From contig CAJXKD010000002.1 in assembly GCA_913055735.1 (NCBI GenBank), positions 984,150 through 1,048,149 of the forward strand: 64,000 bases of DNA, in the 5' to 3' direction. The first letter of the stretch is position 1; every line of letters begins with the position of its first letter. Of this stretch, positions 18,433-27,632 are shown piece by piece. Position numbers and translations under genes: made by a program. The DNA is from an uncultured Rhodospirillales bacterium. Lineage in GTDB: Bacteria > Pseudomonadota > Alphaproteobacteria > Rhodospirillales > UBA2165. The notes below the pieces were generated by a model. The model saw nothing but the letters and a program-made list of their open reading frames with translations, searched no databases and was not told the origin of the DNA.

Positions 18433-19149
18433 ATGACCGAGGTGCGCGACATCTGGGTCTATTTGAGCGCCAGCCCGCTGCTACATCTGACGCTCACCTT
18501 GCTCGCCTATCAGGCCGGCAATGTTCTGTATAAGAAGGCCAACCTCAACCCGTTGCTCAACCCGGTCCTCATCGCCATCGTCGTGCTGGTGATTGCGCTT
18601 TACTCAACGGACACAAGTTACGAGACCTATTTCGAAGGCGCCCAGTTCGTGCACTTCCTGCTCGGTCCGGCGACGGTGGCGCTGGCCATTCCGCTCTACC
18701 GCCAGTTCCATTATCTGCGCCGCTCCGCCGCCGCCATCCTCATCGCCATCGCCACCGGATCGCTGACCGCCGCGTTGTCGGCCTTGGCCATTGGCGCTTT
18801 GTTGGGCGGCTCGGACGCAACCCTCATCGCATTGGCGACCAAGTCCGTTACCACGCCCGTCGCCATGGGCATTGCCGAACAGTTGGGCGGCCTGCCGTCG
18901 CTGACGGCGGTGATGGTCATCCTCACCGGCATCCTCGGCGCGATGCTCGGCCCCCTGCTCCTCAATCTGTTGCGCATCAAAAACTGGGCGGCGCGCGGCT
19001 TGGCCATGGGCACGGCCAGCCACGGTATCGGCACCGCGCGCGCCTTGCAGGTCAACGAAACGGCGGGCGCTTTTTCCGGATTGGCGATGGGGTTGAACGC
19101 GCTGGCAACGGCAATCCTGATGCCGATCCTGTGGCGGCTGTTGTTTTAA
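18433..19149 (+). CDS. LrgB/CidB-family membrane protein
   Basis: 238 aa polytopic. KSVTTPVAMGIAEQLGG and GLAMGTASHGIGTARA are conserved LrgB motifs. 4-nt gap after the LrgA-like gene. Confidence 0.85.
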   Translation: MTEVRDIWVYLSASPLLHLTLTLLAYQAGNVLYKKANLNPLLNPVLIAIVVLVIALYSTDTSYETYFEGAQFVHFLLGPATVALAIPLYRQFHYLRRSAAAILIAIATGSLTAALSALAIGALLGGSDATLIALATKSVTTPVAMGIAEQLGGLPSLTAVMVILTGILGAMLGPLLLNLLRIKNWAARGLAMGTASHGIGTARALQVNETAGAFSGLAMGLNALATAILMPILWRLLF

Positions 19150-19159
19150 ACTTGGTGTT

Positions 19160-21160
19160 CTAGATTTTCGCAATCGCGTTCTTGAAGAAGTCTTCGAGCG
19201 CACGCACCGGTTTGAGATCATCGAATAGCACGTCGCGACGTTCGACGATGCGGCGTTCGAGATCGTTGCGGCGGTCGGTATCGGTCGCGAGCGCAACCGC
19301 GATCTCCGCGCACTGTTCCGGCGTTTCGCCGATCGCGTCCTCGATCTCCATCATCCGGTATTGGCCCAAGGTCACGCGCCCGCGCATGAATTCACCCGCA
19401 TGCGTGACCAGCGCCTTGCCCATCATGAAGGTTTCGTAGGACGTGTTGCCGCCCGAGAAATGCGGCGCATCGAGCACCACATCCACTGCCCCCAGCAGCG
19501 ACAGAAAATCCTCCGGTGCGACGCGCGGCAGGACGGTCACCCGCTCCGCCACATCGGGAATCGTCTCGCGCATCCGCGTCCGCACAAGTTCCGTCCAGTG
19601 CGGCACGGCGGCATCCAACAATAGAAACTCGGCCTTGGGGTCGTTGCGCAAGATGCCCGCGGCCATCACGTCGAGATCGGGATGATATTTGATGGTGGTC
19701 TGCGCACAGAGATAGAGGTTCTTGTCGGTGGGCAAGCCGAGATCGTCACGCGAGCATGGATCGGCCGGCACGTCGGGGCGCGGGTAGCACGTCGGCAGGC
19801 TCGGCAGCAGATGCAGCTGTTCGCTGTAGTGCATTTGCGTATCGCCGTCCTCGATCAATTCGCTTGAGAGAAAGTAGTCGACGTTGGGAATGCCGGTGGT
19901 GTCGGGATGCCCCCAGGTCACGCATTGCACGGGGGCGAGCCGGGCGAAGGCAAGAAAATAGGTGCGGATGTCCATGCCGAGATCGCCGTAGAACAAAACG
20001 TCCTGTTCGGCATCCAAAATGGCTTGGCGCGCCTCGGGGAATCCATCGGGAAAAATAATCACTTTGTCGGCGGCGGCGTTGATGGCCTGCGCTACCGGAT
20101 CGTTCGGCGCATGCGCATCTTGGGGAAAGGTGAACACGGTGACCTCGAACACGTCGCGATCGAATTGTTCGACAAAACCGCGCATGAGGCGGCCGACCGA
20201 ATGGCGGCGGAAATAAGCCGACACCAGCCCGAGCTTGATCTTACCGTTTGGGGCGCGGGGATTTTCGCAATGGGGGGCGACCGTCGCCAAGTCCGGGCAC
20301 GCCTTGAGATGCAGGGCCGCCACCTTTTCCTGCAATGTTTTGTCGTTGAGGGCATGATAGGCAAGAAAGAACGTCGTGGTCGAGGTTTCGAGCGCCGGGT
20401 CCTCGACCTTGAGCGGGCGGTCCATCAACTCATCGATCCGCGCCTCGAAATCCGCGCGGGTTTGGCAGATGTCATCCCAAGACCGCGTCACCACCGGCAG
20501 CGACAAGGCGCGTTTGATGGCGAGGCCGTCATGGGGATCACGCGCAAGCGCCGCACCGTATGCCGCGAGCGCCTCCTCCACCTCCCCCATCCGGCGGTAG
20601 GTATTGCCGAGATGGACATAGGCGCGCGCCGCCCCCAAATCGTCCCGGCTCGTCTCGGCGGCGCGTTTAAAGGTCTCGACCGCTTCATCATGACGACCGG
20701 TATCGGCAAGTATGTTGCCGAGATTGAGCATGGCATCGACCCGGTTCGGATCGGCGTCCAATGTGCGAATATAGGTAAGGATGGCCGCTTCGTCGTGGCC
20801 CAACTGCCGGTAAAGCTTGGCGAGATTGTAGAGGGGATCCGCGGACGCCGGATCGATTTCGATGGCCGCTTCGTAATGCTTCTGCGCGAGATCGAACCGG
20901 TTCAGGTTCTGATACATCACGCCGAGATTGTTGTGATAATCGGCGCGCCGTCCGTTGATCTCGACGGCCCGGCAAATCATATCGACGGCGTTTTCCGTTT
21001 GGCCGCTTTGGCCCAACAACACGCCAAGCATATGCAGCGCGTCGGCGTGACGTGGATCGGCGCGCAGGATTTGCTCGTAGAGATCGCGCGCCGCGTCCAG
21101 GCGGCCCGCCGTGTGATGTTTTTGGGCGTCGTTGTAGAGATCGGCGGCGGTGCTCGGCAC
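19160..21160 (-). CDS. TPR-repeat protein fused to an O-GlcNAc-transferase-like (GT41/SPINDLY-type) domain
   Basis: The N-terminal ~230 aa are TPR repeats (AxxxYxxAL...P..A.A...LG pattern repeated). The C-terminal ~400 aa show a GT41-like pattern (IGLVSAYFRRHSVG...VTWGHPDTTG...YLCAQTTIKYHPD). Confidence 0.75.
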   Translation of the reverse strand: MPSTAADLYNDAQKHHTAGRLDAARDLYEQILRADPRHADALHMLGVLLGQSGQTENAVDMICRAVEINGRRADYHNNLGVMYQNLNRFDLAQKHYEAAIEIDPASADPLYNLAKLYRQLGHDEAAILTYIRTLDADPNRVDAMLNLGNILADTGRHDEAVETFKRAAETSRDDLGAARAYVHLGNTYRRMGEVEEALAAYGAALARDPHDGLAIKRALSLPVVTRSWDDICQTRADFEARIDELMDRPLKVEDPALETSTTTFFLAYHALNDKTLQEKVAALHLKACPDLATVAPHCENPRAPNGKIKLGLVSAYFRRHSVGRLMRGFVEQFDRDVFEVTVFTFPQDAHAPNDPVAQAINAAADKVIIFPDGFPEARQAILDAEQDVLFYGDLGMDIRTYFLAFARLAPVQCVTWGHPDTTGIPNVDYFLSSELIEDGDTQMHYSEQLHLLPSLPTCYPRPDVPADPCSRDDLGLPTDKNLYLCAQTTIKYHPDLDVMAAGILRNDPKAEFLLLDAAVPHWTELVRTRMRETIPDVAERVTVLPRVAPEDFLSLLGAVDVVLDAPHFSGGNTSYETFMMGKALVTHAGEFMRGRVTLGQYRMMEIEDAIGETPEQCAEIAVALATDTDRRNDLERRIVERRDVLFDDLKPVRALEDFFKNAIAKI

Positions 21161-21212
21161 GTTTACCCCGTAACCCGTGGGTGCCGGCGGTCCCGCAATC
21201 TAGAACCCTTGG

Positions 21213-22205
21213 CTAGATGAGGCCCGCCAGCGGCGATGACGGATCAGCATACATCTTTTTCGGCATCCGTCCGGCAAGATACGCCAAGCGCCCGGCCTCG
21301 ATACCGAGCTTCATGGCGCGGGCCATCTTGACCGGATCGTGAGCTTCGGCAATTGCGGTATTCATCAACACACCGTCGCAGCCAAGCTCCATCGCTACCG
21401 CGGCATCCGACGCAGTGCCGACCCCGGCATCGACCAAAATCGGGACATTGGCCTGCTCGATAATGATGCGCAGGCCGACTGGATTCTGGACACCGAGGCC
21501 GGAGCCGATAGGCGCGGCAAGCGGCATGACCGCTGCGCAGCCGAGTTCCTCGAGCCGCTTGGCCATCACAGGATCGTCGCTGCAATAGACCATGACCTTG
21601 AAATCTTCCTTGATTAGCATCTCTGCGGCCTTGAGGGTTTCGGTCATGTGCGGATAGAGCGTAACGTGATCCCACAGCACCTCGAGCTTGACCAAATCCC
21701 AACCACCCGCTTCGCGCGCCAGACGCAAGGTGCGCACCGCCTCCTCGGCGGTATGGCAACCGGCCGTGTTCGGCAGGTAGGTGTATTTCTTGGGATCGAC
21801 GTAATCGACCAGCATCGGCTGATTGGGATCGGTGATATTGACCCGGCGGACCGCCACGGTGACGATCTCCGCCCCCGAAGCTTCGATGGCCTCCGCCGTT
21901 TCCTCGAAATCCTTGTATTTGCCAGTACCGACGAGCAGCCGCGATTTGTAGGTGCGCCCGGCAATCTCGAAAGTATCGTCAGCTGGGGGCGTGACACCCT
22001 CCGGCGCGCCACCGCCGATGAAATGGACGATCTCGAACTTGTCGCCGTCGCTCACGGAGATGTTGTCGTATTGCGACCTAGGGACGATCTCGAGATTACG
22101 CTCGACCGCCACTTTGCGCGCGTCCAGCCCGAGTTCTGCGATCAAGCCCTGAACGGTCAGAGGCGCCGCGACTTGGCGTGCCTCGCCGTTGATGGTCACA
22201 TTCAT
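21213..22205 (-). CDS. thiG: ThiS-ThiG fusion (sulfur-carrier protein fused to thiazole synthase)
   Basis: The first 66 aa, MNVTINGE...[10 protein letters not shown], are a complete ThiS ending in the activating GG. They continue in frame through a short linker into ThiG ([10 protein letters not shown]...LPNTAGC...KLEV...[10 protein letters not shown]...VDAGVGT). Start chosen at ATG 22205; the ORF extends to a GTG at 22232. Confidence 0.85.
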   Translation of the reverse strand: MNVTINGEARQVAAPLTVQGLIAELGLDARKVAVERNLEIVPRSQYDNISVSDGDKFEIVHFIGGGAPEGVTPPADDTFEIAGRTYKSRLLVGTGKYKDFEETAEAIEASGAEIVTVAVRRVNITDPNQPMLVDYVDPKKYTYLPNTAGCHTAEEAVRTLRLAREAGGWDLVKLEVLWDHVTLYPHMTETLKAAEMLIKEDFKVMVYCSDDPVMAKRLEELGCAAVMPLAAPIGSGLGVQNPVGLRIIIEQANVPILVDAGVGTASDAAVAMELGCDGVLMNTAIAEAHDPVKMARAMKLGIEAGRLAYLAGRMPKKMYADPSSPLAGLI

Positions 22206-22445
22206 GAATAATCTCGCCGTTTGTATGTTCACGGTTCACTAATCCCTGGGATGGTATTTCGCCAAGTATGGGACGCGAATCGGCCCCTTTCAACCGCAAT
22301 TCCCAGCGGGACAAGATGCGGATGGGAGACCGCTCCCACCGGCGGAAACCAGGGGTGATGGGCAGGATCGCGCCGTTTGCCCGAGAATGGTTCCGCCCCG
22401 GTTATTGCCATGGTATAAGGCCGCTCGATTTGTTTAGGCAGTCCC

Positions 22446-22877
22446 ATGTCCAAGTCCATCCAGATCCTCAACGGCCCCAACCTCAACATGCTGGGCACAC
22501 GGGAGCCGGAGATTTACGGCTCGCAGACGCTTGCCGATATCGAGGCGCTATGCCGGCAGCACGCGGCCCCGTTGGGATTGGAGATCGACTTCCGGCAAAG
22601 CAATTCGGAAGGCGAGCTGGTCGATTGGATTCAAGCGGCACATCAGCAATTCGCCGCCATCATCCTCAACGCGGGCGCGTATACCCACACATCCATCGCG
22701 ATCCTCGATGCGTTGAAAGCCTGTGGCGTGCCGGTCATCGAAGTGCACCTGTCGAATATTTTTCAGCGCGAAGGGTACCGGCACCAATCGTACGTGTCCG
22801 AGGCCGCCAAGGGCGTGATCTGCGGCTTCGGCGCGCAAGGATATTTACTGGCCTTGGACGCGGCGGCAGAATTATAA
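22446..22877 (+). CDS. aroQ: type II 3-dehydroquinate dehydratase
   Basis: [19 protein letters not shown]...[16 protein letters not shown]...EVHLSNI are canonical AroQ motifs. 143 aa. Confidence 0.93.
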   Translation: MSKSIQILNGPNLNMLGTREPEIYGSQTLADIEALCRQHAAPLGLEIDFRQSNSEGELVDWIQAAHQQFAAIILNAGAYTHTSIAILDALKACGVPVIEVHLSNIFQREGYRHQSYVSEAAKGVICGFGAQGYLLALDAAAEL

Positions 22878-22908
22878 GCGAACCGACTGCCCGCGCGACG
22901 GTGGCCGA

Positions 22909-23601
22909 ATGACACCGACCGACACTCCCGATCTTCACGAATTGCGGCTGACGCCCGAGGTGCTGTTGCGCGCCTATTCCGCCGGCATCTTTCCTATGGC
23001 GGAAACGCGCGAAGACCGCACCCTGTTCTGGGTCGACCCCGAACAGCGGGGGATCCTTCCCCTCGACCGCGTCCGCGTTTCCAAACGGCTGCGGCGGACA
23101 TTGCGCAAGAATGTCTTCGAGATTCGCGCCAATACCGCCTTCGACGAGGTGTTGCACGCCTGCGCCGAGAAAACCGACGATCGCCCGGAAACCTGGATCA
23201 ACGACGATTTGCTGCGGCTCTATACTGAATTGCACCGTATGGGCCATGCCCATTCCATCGAGAGTTGGCTCGACGGCAAACTGGTGGGCGGCTTATACGG
23301 CGTATCGCTCAAGGGCGCCTTCTTCGGCGAGAGCATGTTTTCGCGTGTCACGGATGCGAGCAAGGTTGCGCTCGTCCATTTGGTGGCGCGACTGAAAGCC
23401 GACGGCTTCACGCTGCTGGATACGCAATTCGTGACCGATCATCTGAAGCAATTCGGCGCAATGGAGATTCCGCGTTACGCCTACCTTCAAATGCTGAACG
23501 CGGCGTTGCATGCCAAGGCGTCGTTCTATTCGGATTTCTCTTCTGGCGACGCCAACGAACTGGTCGACGGATTCTTGCAGTCGATTACCCAAACGTCATA
23601 G
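22909..23601 (+). CDS. aat: leucyl/phenylalanyl-tRNA--protein transferase
   Basis: [12 protein letters not shown]...[12 protein letters not shown]...GHAHSIE.W...[17 protein letters not shown]...LLD.Q is the Aat signature. Confidence 0.9.
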   Translation: MTPTDTPDLHELRLTPEVLLRAYSAGIFPMAETREDRTLFWVDPEQRGILPLDRVRVSKRLRRTLRKNVFEIRANTAFDEVLHACAEKTDDRPETWINDDLLRLYTELHRMGHAHSIESWLDGKLVGGLYGVSLKGAFFGESMFSRVTDASKVALVHLVARLKADGFTLLDTQFVTDHLKQFGAMEIPRYAYLQMLNAALHAKASFYSDFSSGDANELVDGFLQSITQTS

Positions 23602-23942
23602 ACCGGGTGCTCCATTGCCGACAGCGCCGGGCTCGAGGCAAACATCCATCCCCGATAGACGCTTACCGCCGGTTCATTGGGCCGCACCTCCCAAATATCG
23701 AGGAAGGCAGCACTTTCGGGCTGTTCCTCCGGCGGCCGCTTGTCGCAAACGCGGGCGATGATTTCCAACGTGCCGAAGCGCACGGTATCGCCCACCGGGG
23801 CGGTAAAGGTGGAAACCTGCGCCGTGACTTTGTCGAGGCCCTGCAACACGGCCTGGGCATACTTCTCCGCCCCCGCGGTCGCCGGGAACAGCAACACTGT
23901 CCAGACGCCGAGAGCCAACAATAAAGAACCGCGTCGGTTCAT
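23526..23942 (-). CDS. DUF2155-family secreted protein
   Basis: Signal peptide [25 protein letters not shown], then [44 protein letters not shown] and [23 protein letters not shown], typical of DUF2155. The 3' end overlaps aat convergently by 76 nt. Confidence 0.75.
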   Translation of the reverse strand: MNRRGSLLLALGVWTVLLFPATAGAEKYAQAVLQGLDKVTAQVSTFTAPVGDTVRFGTLEIIARVCDKRPPEEQPESAAFLDIWEVRPNEPAVSVYRGWMFASSPALSAMEHPVYDVWVIDCKNPSTSSLASPEEKSE

Positions 23943-23969
23943 CGGAAAGGAATCCATTTCGGGACGGGC

Positions 23970-24434
23970 TTAAAGTCCGCTGCCACCACTCTCGCTTCCC
24001 GTTGCCAGGAAAATGATCTCGCCCACCTGATCTTCGATGGTCTTGAAATCCTGGGTATTCTGCAAACGTTGGCCATCCGCCAAATATTCCGTCGCCTTAC
24101 CGGGCTTGAGACCGACATAGTTGCCGCCCAACAATCCGTCACCGGTGATCACCGCAACGGTATCTACGGGCAGCTTCACCGAGCGGTCGATATTCAGGGT
24201 GACGTCGGCAAAGAAATCCTGCGTCAAATGGCGTTCGACGACGGTGCCGACGGTAATACCGTTAACACGCACATCACTGCCGGGCTGTAACCCCGAGACC
24301 GTCGAGAATTGCGCGGTCACGCGGTAACCATCGGAGGTCTTGATCTGCGTCGTGTCATAGAAGAACCACAGAAACACGATGGCGACGATCAGCACCACAC
24401 CACCCAATACGCTCTCCAGCAGATTCCTGTTCAT
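23970..24434 (-). CDS. mlaD: MlaD/MCE-domain protein (paralogue 2)
   Basis: N-terminal TM anchor plus MCE domain (YRVTAQFSTVSGLQPGSDVRVNGITVGTVV...VKLPVDT.A.I...GLLGGNYVGL.PG). Confidence 0.8.
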   Translation of the reverse strand: MNRNLLESVLGGVVLIVAIVFLWFFYDTTQIKTSDGYRVTAQFSTVSGLQPGSDVRVNGITVGTVVERHLTQDFFADVTLNIDRSVKLPVDTVAVITGDGLLGGNYVGLKPGKATEYLADGQRLQNTQDFKTIEDQVGEIIFLATGSESGGSGL

Positions 24435-24910
24435 TTGCCGTCCCGTTTCTCGGTTGCCGATTTCGCACGGTTGGCATGCCCCTGCGCGATGATCTGATCC
24501 AAAAGGTCCTGCAGCACCAGCGATCCCTGCGTAAAGCCGATCTTGTCACCCGGCTGCAGGTTCTTCTCATCACCACCTGGGGTCAGTTCAATATACTTGG
24601 ATCCGAACAATCCATCGGTGAGCACCCGAGCTCCCGTATCCGTCGGCACCTTAACGTGTCCATCAAGGACCATCGCCAAATTGGCACGGTAATTATCGAC
24701 GAGCGTCATCGACCGGACCTCGCCGACCTTTACGCCGCTCAAAAGTACATCATCGCCGACAGCGACACCGTCAACGCGGGAGAAGGTTCCGTAAATCGTA
24801 TAACCGGCGGTGGGCTTCACGGCGGAAGGAGAAAACGACAGCGCGGCAAGACCGATCAGAACGGCCAATGTCGCTACCCCAACGACGATATTTTTTGTTT
24901 CTTCGTTCAT
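24431..24910 (-). CDS. mlaD: MlaD/MCE-domain protein (paralogue 1)
   Basis: Same architecture (YTIYGTFSRVDGVAVGDDVLLSGVKVGEVRSMTL...VKVPTDTGARVLTDGLFGSKYIELTPG). Its stop overlaps the start of the next MlaD gene by 4 nt. Confidence 0.8.
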   Translation of the reverse strand: MNEETKNIVVGVATLAVLIGLAALSFSPSAVKPTAGYTIYGTFSRVDGVAVGDDVLLSGVKVGEVRSMTLVDNYRANLAMVLDGHVKVPTDTGARVLTDGLFGSKYIELTPGGDEKNLQPGDKIGFTQGSLVLQDLLDQIIAQGHANRAKSATEKRDGK

Positions 24911-24946
24911 GCGCCAGTTGATTATCTATGGGCGATCGAAGATGCG

Positions 24947-25303
24947 TTATTCGGGTGACCACGCCTCATAGTCACCGGTGGCCCTCTTCCGCTGACCGCC
25001 TTTGTATTCGTGCCCGGCGGGACGATACGCCTCGGGCGATCCCGTCAAGTTCGGCTGATGCTCCATCTGCCAAGCCCGCGCCTTGGCGGCCTTCTCGGTG
25101 AGGGGATCGTCGACGGTATGATGCAGCCAGGCATGCCATTCCGGCGGCACTTTCGAAGCTTCGACCTTGCCGCGATACACGACCCAGCGACGCTCGCGGC
25201 CGTTCAGCTTGCGGCCGCGCCCCCGGTAGTATCGATTACCGAACTCATCGGTGCCGACCAAATCACCATTCACCAGGGTATAGATAAAAGTGCCAAGAGA
25301 CAT
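24947..25303 (-). CDS. NDUFA12-family (NADH:ubiquinone oxidoreductase subunit A12-like) protein
   Basis: LVGTDEFGNRYY......RRWV.Y.G..EAS.VPPEWH.WLHHT is the NDUFA12/B17.2 signature. 118 aa. Confidence 0.85.
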   Translation of the reverse strand: MSLGTFIYTLVNGDLVGTDEFGNRYYRGRGRKLNGRERRWVVYRGKVEASKVPPEWHAWLHHTVDDPLTEKAAKARAWQMEHQPNLTGSPEAYRPAGHEYKGGQRKRATGDYEAWSPE

Positions 25304-25538
25304 TGTGGTTCCCGTTCGATGTGGTTCCCGTCCGAACGCCGCGGAATTCCGCCTGAATTCGTTATATCACCCGAAGGCCGACCCGGCCTAACGCCAAAAA
25401 AAGGGCCGGCGAGTGCCGCACGGGGCGAACTTCCAGGCAACATGTGACCCCACCCCACTTATGTCAATATCGGACTTTTTTACAACAATTTTAAGGCTCT
25501 CCTGCCAAAACTAGAGTGTCCGGGCCTGGAAGCCCGGC

Positions 25539-27188
25539 ATGGAGGGCGCCATTCAGGACATACGTCACGACAAACGGCAGCCGGCAGCCGACGCGCAGAT
25601 AGAAGGCAATCAATCTTCGATTCTTGCCGAATCGGAGCACTCGGCCCGGTTATGGTTCCAGCGTGCCGCAGGCCGCGAATCCACGGCGCCGGCCGAAGCG
25701 ATCGACGCCTATCGCGTGGCGGTGACACTCAACCCCGCCTTTGTCGAAGCGCATCACAACCTTGCCCGCCTGCTCCGTAAAGTCGGCCGCATCGAGGAAT
25801 CCGTCACGCATGCGCGGCTCGCCGTTTCGCTGGCCGAAACGCACCCGGCCATCCAACTGTCGCTTGGCCTGTCCCTCGAGAGCGCCGGCGATATGGACGG
25901 TGCCATCGGCGCCTACCGGGCGGCCATCGATGTCAAACCCAGCTACGTTCAGGCGCATGTGAATCTAGGCCGCGCTCTCGAAGCCGCGGGCCGCTCCCCC
26001 GAAGCCGCCAAGGTGCTTCGGGCGGCCGCCGAACAGTTCCCGAAATCACCCGAGATCACCCTCAATCTGGCGCAAACTTTCTTATCGCTGGGAAACAGCG
26101 AAGGTGCCGCCGACCTCGCCGACAAACTGATTGCGACGGGAGACTTCCTGCCGGCCGCATTCAACATCCGCGGCGCGGCACATATGATCGCCAAACAAAC
26201 GGAAAAAGCGATCCATGCCTTCACGTCTGCCGTCAGGCTCGAAGCCGATTTCGCCGGTGCCCACGAAAATCTCGCGTTGGCGCTGTTGCAAAACCGGCAA
26301 TTCGACAGAGGCTGGCAGGAATACGAGTGGCGTTGGCAAAATCCAAACAATGCCCTGACTAAGGTCGCGTTTCCATGGCCCCGCTGGGACGGCTCCCCCT
26401 TGAAGGGGCGCACGTTGCTGCTTCACGGCGAACAAGGGTTGGGCGATGTCCTCCAATTCATTCGATTCGCCGACCTCATCGACAAACAGGGCGGGGAAGT
26501 GATTCTCGCCTGTGCACCGCAATTGCAACGCCTGTTAGCCACGGCGCCGGGGGTAGACACCGTCTGCAATCTCGGCGACACGCCGTCCGGGGTCGATTAC
26601 TATCTGCCCATGATGAGCCTGCCCCATATCTTGGGAGCGCCCGGCCCGGAAGCCTGGCCCAAGGCGCCCTATCTGCACGGGCCGGAGGGCAACCCCGCGC
26701 CGCGGCTGCTCGACCCGAAAGCCATCCGGGTTGGCGTGTGCTGGGCGGGCCGTCCAAAGTTCCAACATGATCCGTCACGCAACCGAAGCTTTCCGGGCAA
26801 ACTGCTTGTTCAACTCCTCTCGCTCGACAATACGCAGCTGGTTGGTTTTCAACGCGGTCCCGAAAGCGCCTGCCCGGCACTTCAATCGCAGGACACGGGA
26901 TATGCCGATGCCGGCGCGGCCGCCGCCGACTTCTTCGACGATGCCGCGATCTTGATGCAAATGGATCTGGTGATCACCGCAGACACGGCGCTCGCCCATT
27001 TGGCCGGCGCGCTTGCGATTCCAACCTGGCTTCTGTTGCCGTACGTCGCCGACTGGCGCTGGGAACAAGAGCGGACCGACACCCCCTGGTATCCGTCCAT
27101 GCGGCTTTTCCGCCAACCCAAACCCGGTGATTGGCAAAGCGTGATCGACCAGGTCGTCAAACAATTGAGTGCAACAATCGACAAATAG
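25539..27188 (+). CDS. TPR-repeat protein with C-terminal GT9 (heptosyltransferase)-like domain
   Basis: TPR repeats cover the first ~250 aa. The C-terminal half has GEQGLGDVLQFIRF...DLVITADTALAHLAGALAIPTWLLLP...DWRW......PWYPSMRLFRQ, typical of the TPR-GT9-like fusions common in alphaproteobacteria. Confidence 0.75.
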   Translation: MEGAIQDIRHDKRQPAADAQIEGNQSSILAESEHSARLWFQRAAGRESTAPAEAIDAYRVAVTLNPAFVEAHHNLARLLRKVGRIEESVTHARLAVSLAETHPAIQLSLGLSLESAGDMDGAIGAYRAAIDVKPSYVQAHVNLGRALEAAGRSPEAAKVLRAAAEQFPKSPEITLNLAQTFLSLGNSEGAADLADKLIATGDFLPAAFNIRGAAHMIAKQTEKAIHAFTSAVRLEADFAGAHENLALALLQNRQFDRGWQEYEWRWQNPNNALTKVAFPWPRWDGSPLKGRTLLLHGEQGLGDVLQFIRFADLIDKQGGEVILACAPQLQRLLATAPGVDTVCNLGDTPSGVDYYLPMMSLPHILGAPGPEAWPKAPYLHGPEGNPAPRLLDPKAIRVGVCWAGRPKFQHDPSRNRSFPGKLLVQLLSLDNTQLVGFQRGPESACPALQSQDTGYADAGAAAADFFDDAAILMQMDLVITADTALAHLAGALAIPTWLLLPYVADWRWEQERTDTPWYPSMRLFRQPKPGDWQSVIDQVVKQLSATIDK

Positions 27189-27632
27189 TTGCGCTTTTTT
27201 TGTTTATTTTTGCACCCGGTTTAGGCGAAACGACGCTTCCCGCAGCTTCAATTTCGAGTTCCTCAACGCTCCCCAACCACTTGATTCAAAGGTAAATACT
27301 TGCCGCACGGCCGGTTGTAGTCACACCCGGCCTGACATCTTTACGTGCTTAGATATTGGCCGAGCGCTCAAGTCTAACGGACTGAATTACTTGGGTTTAC
27401 TACCGCATCTTGTAATCGTTGTTTCGGAAAACCCCAATATATAGAAAATCCTTGTTGCGCCTATAACTTGGCTTCGCTAGATTTTCCCTACTGTGAGGCC
27501 ATGACCTACAAGATTTTGTACTCTCCACAAGATGGCGTAGGTCGGAAATGTGACACGGCAGACCGCCCTGGGAACGGTCAAAAGCTCGCGAAGGCATTCT
27601 GCCGGTTTCACTAGGGAAATATCGGGGGATCG

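Noticed and set aside
22233-22445. TPP (THI-box) riboswitch expected upstream of thiS-thiG
   Set aside because: The leader is clearly structured, for example ggcggaacc...ggtttccgcc enclosing gggca...tgccc, with a tail tggcgaaatacca..aggga. I could not find the conserved CUGAGA and GAACCUGA cores on the minus strand, so I do not call it. An Rfam RF00059 scan would settle this.
27189-27632. Cobalamin riboswitch upstream of the B12-dependent nrdJ
   Set aside because: Only loose resemblances are present (gggaacggtcaaaag; attctgccgg). There is no proper B12 box, and a B12-off switch on a B12-dependent enzyme would be biologically odd.
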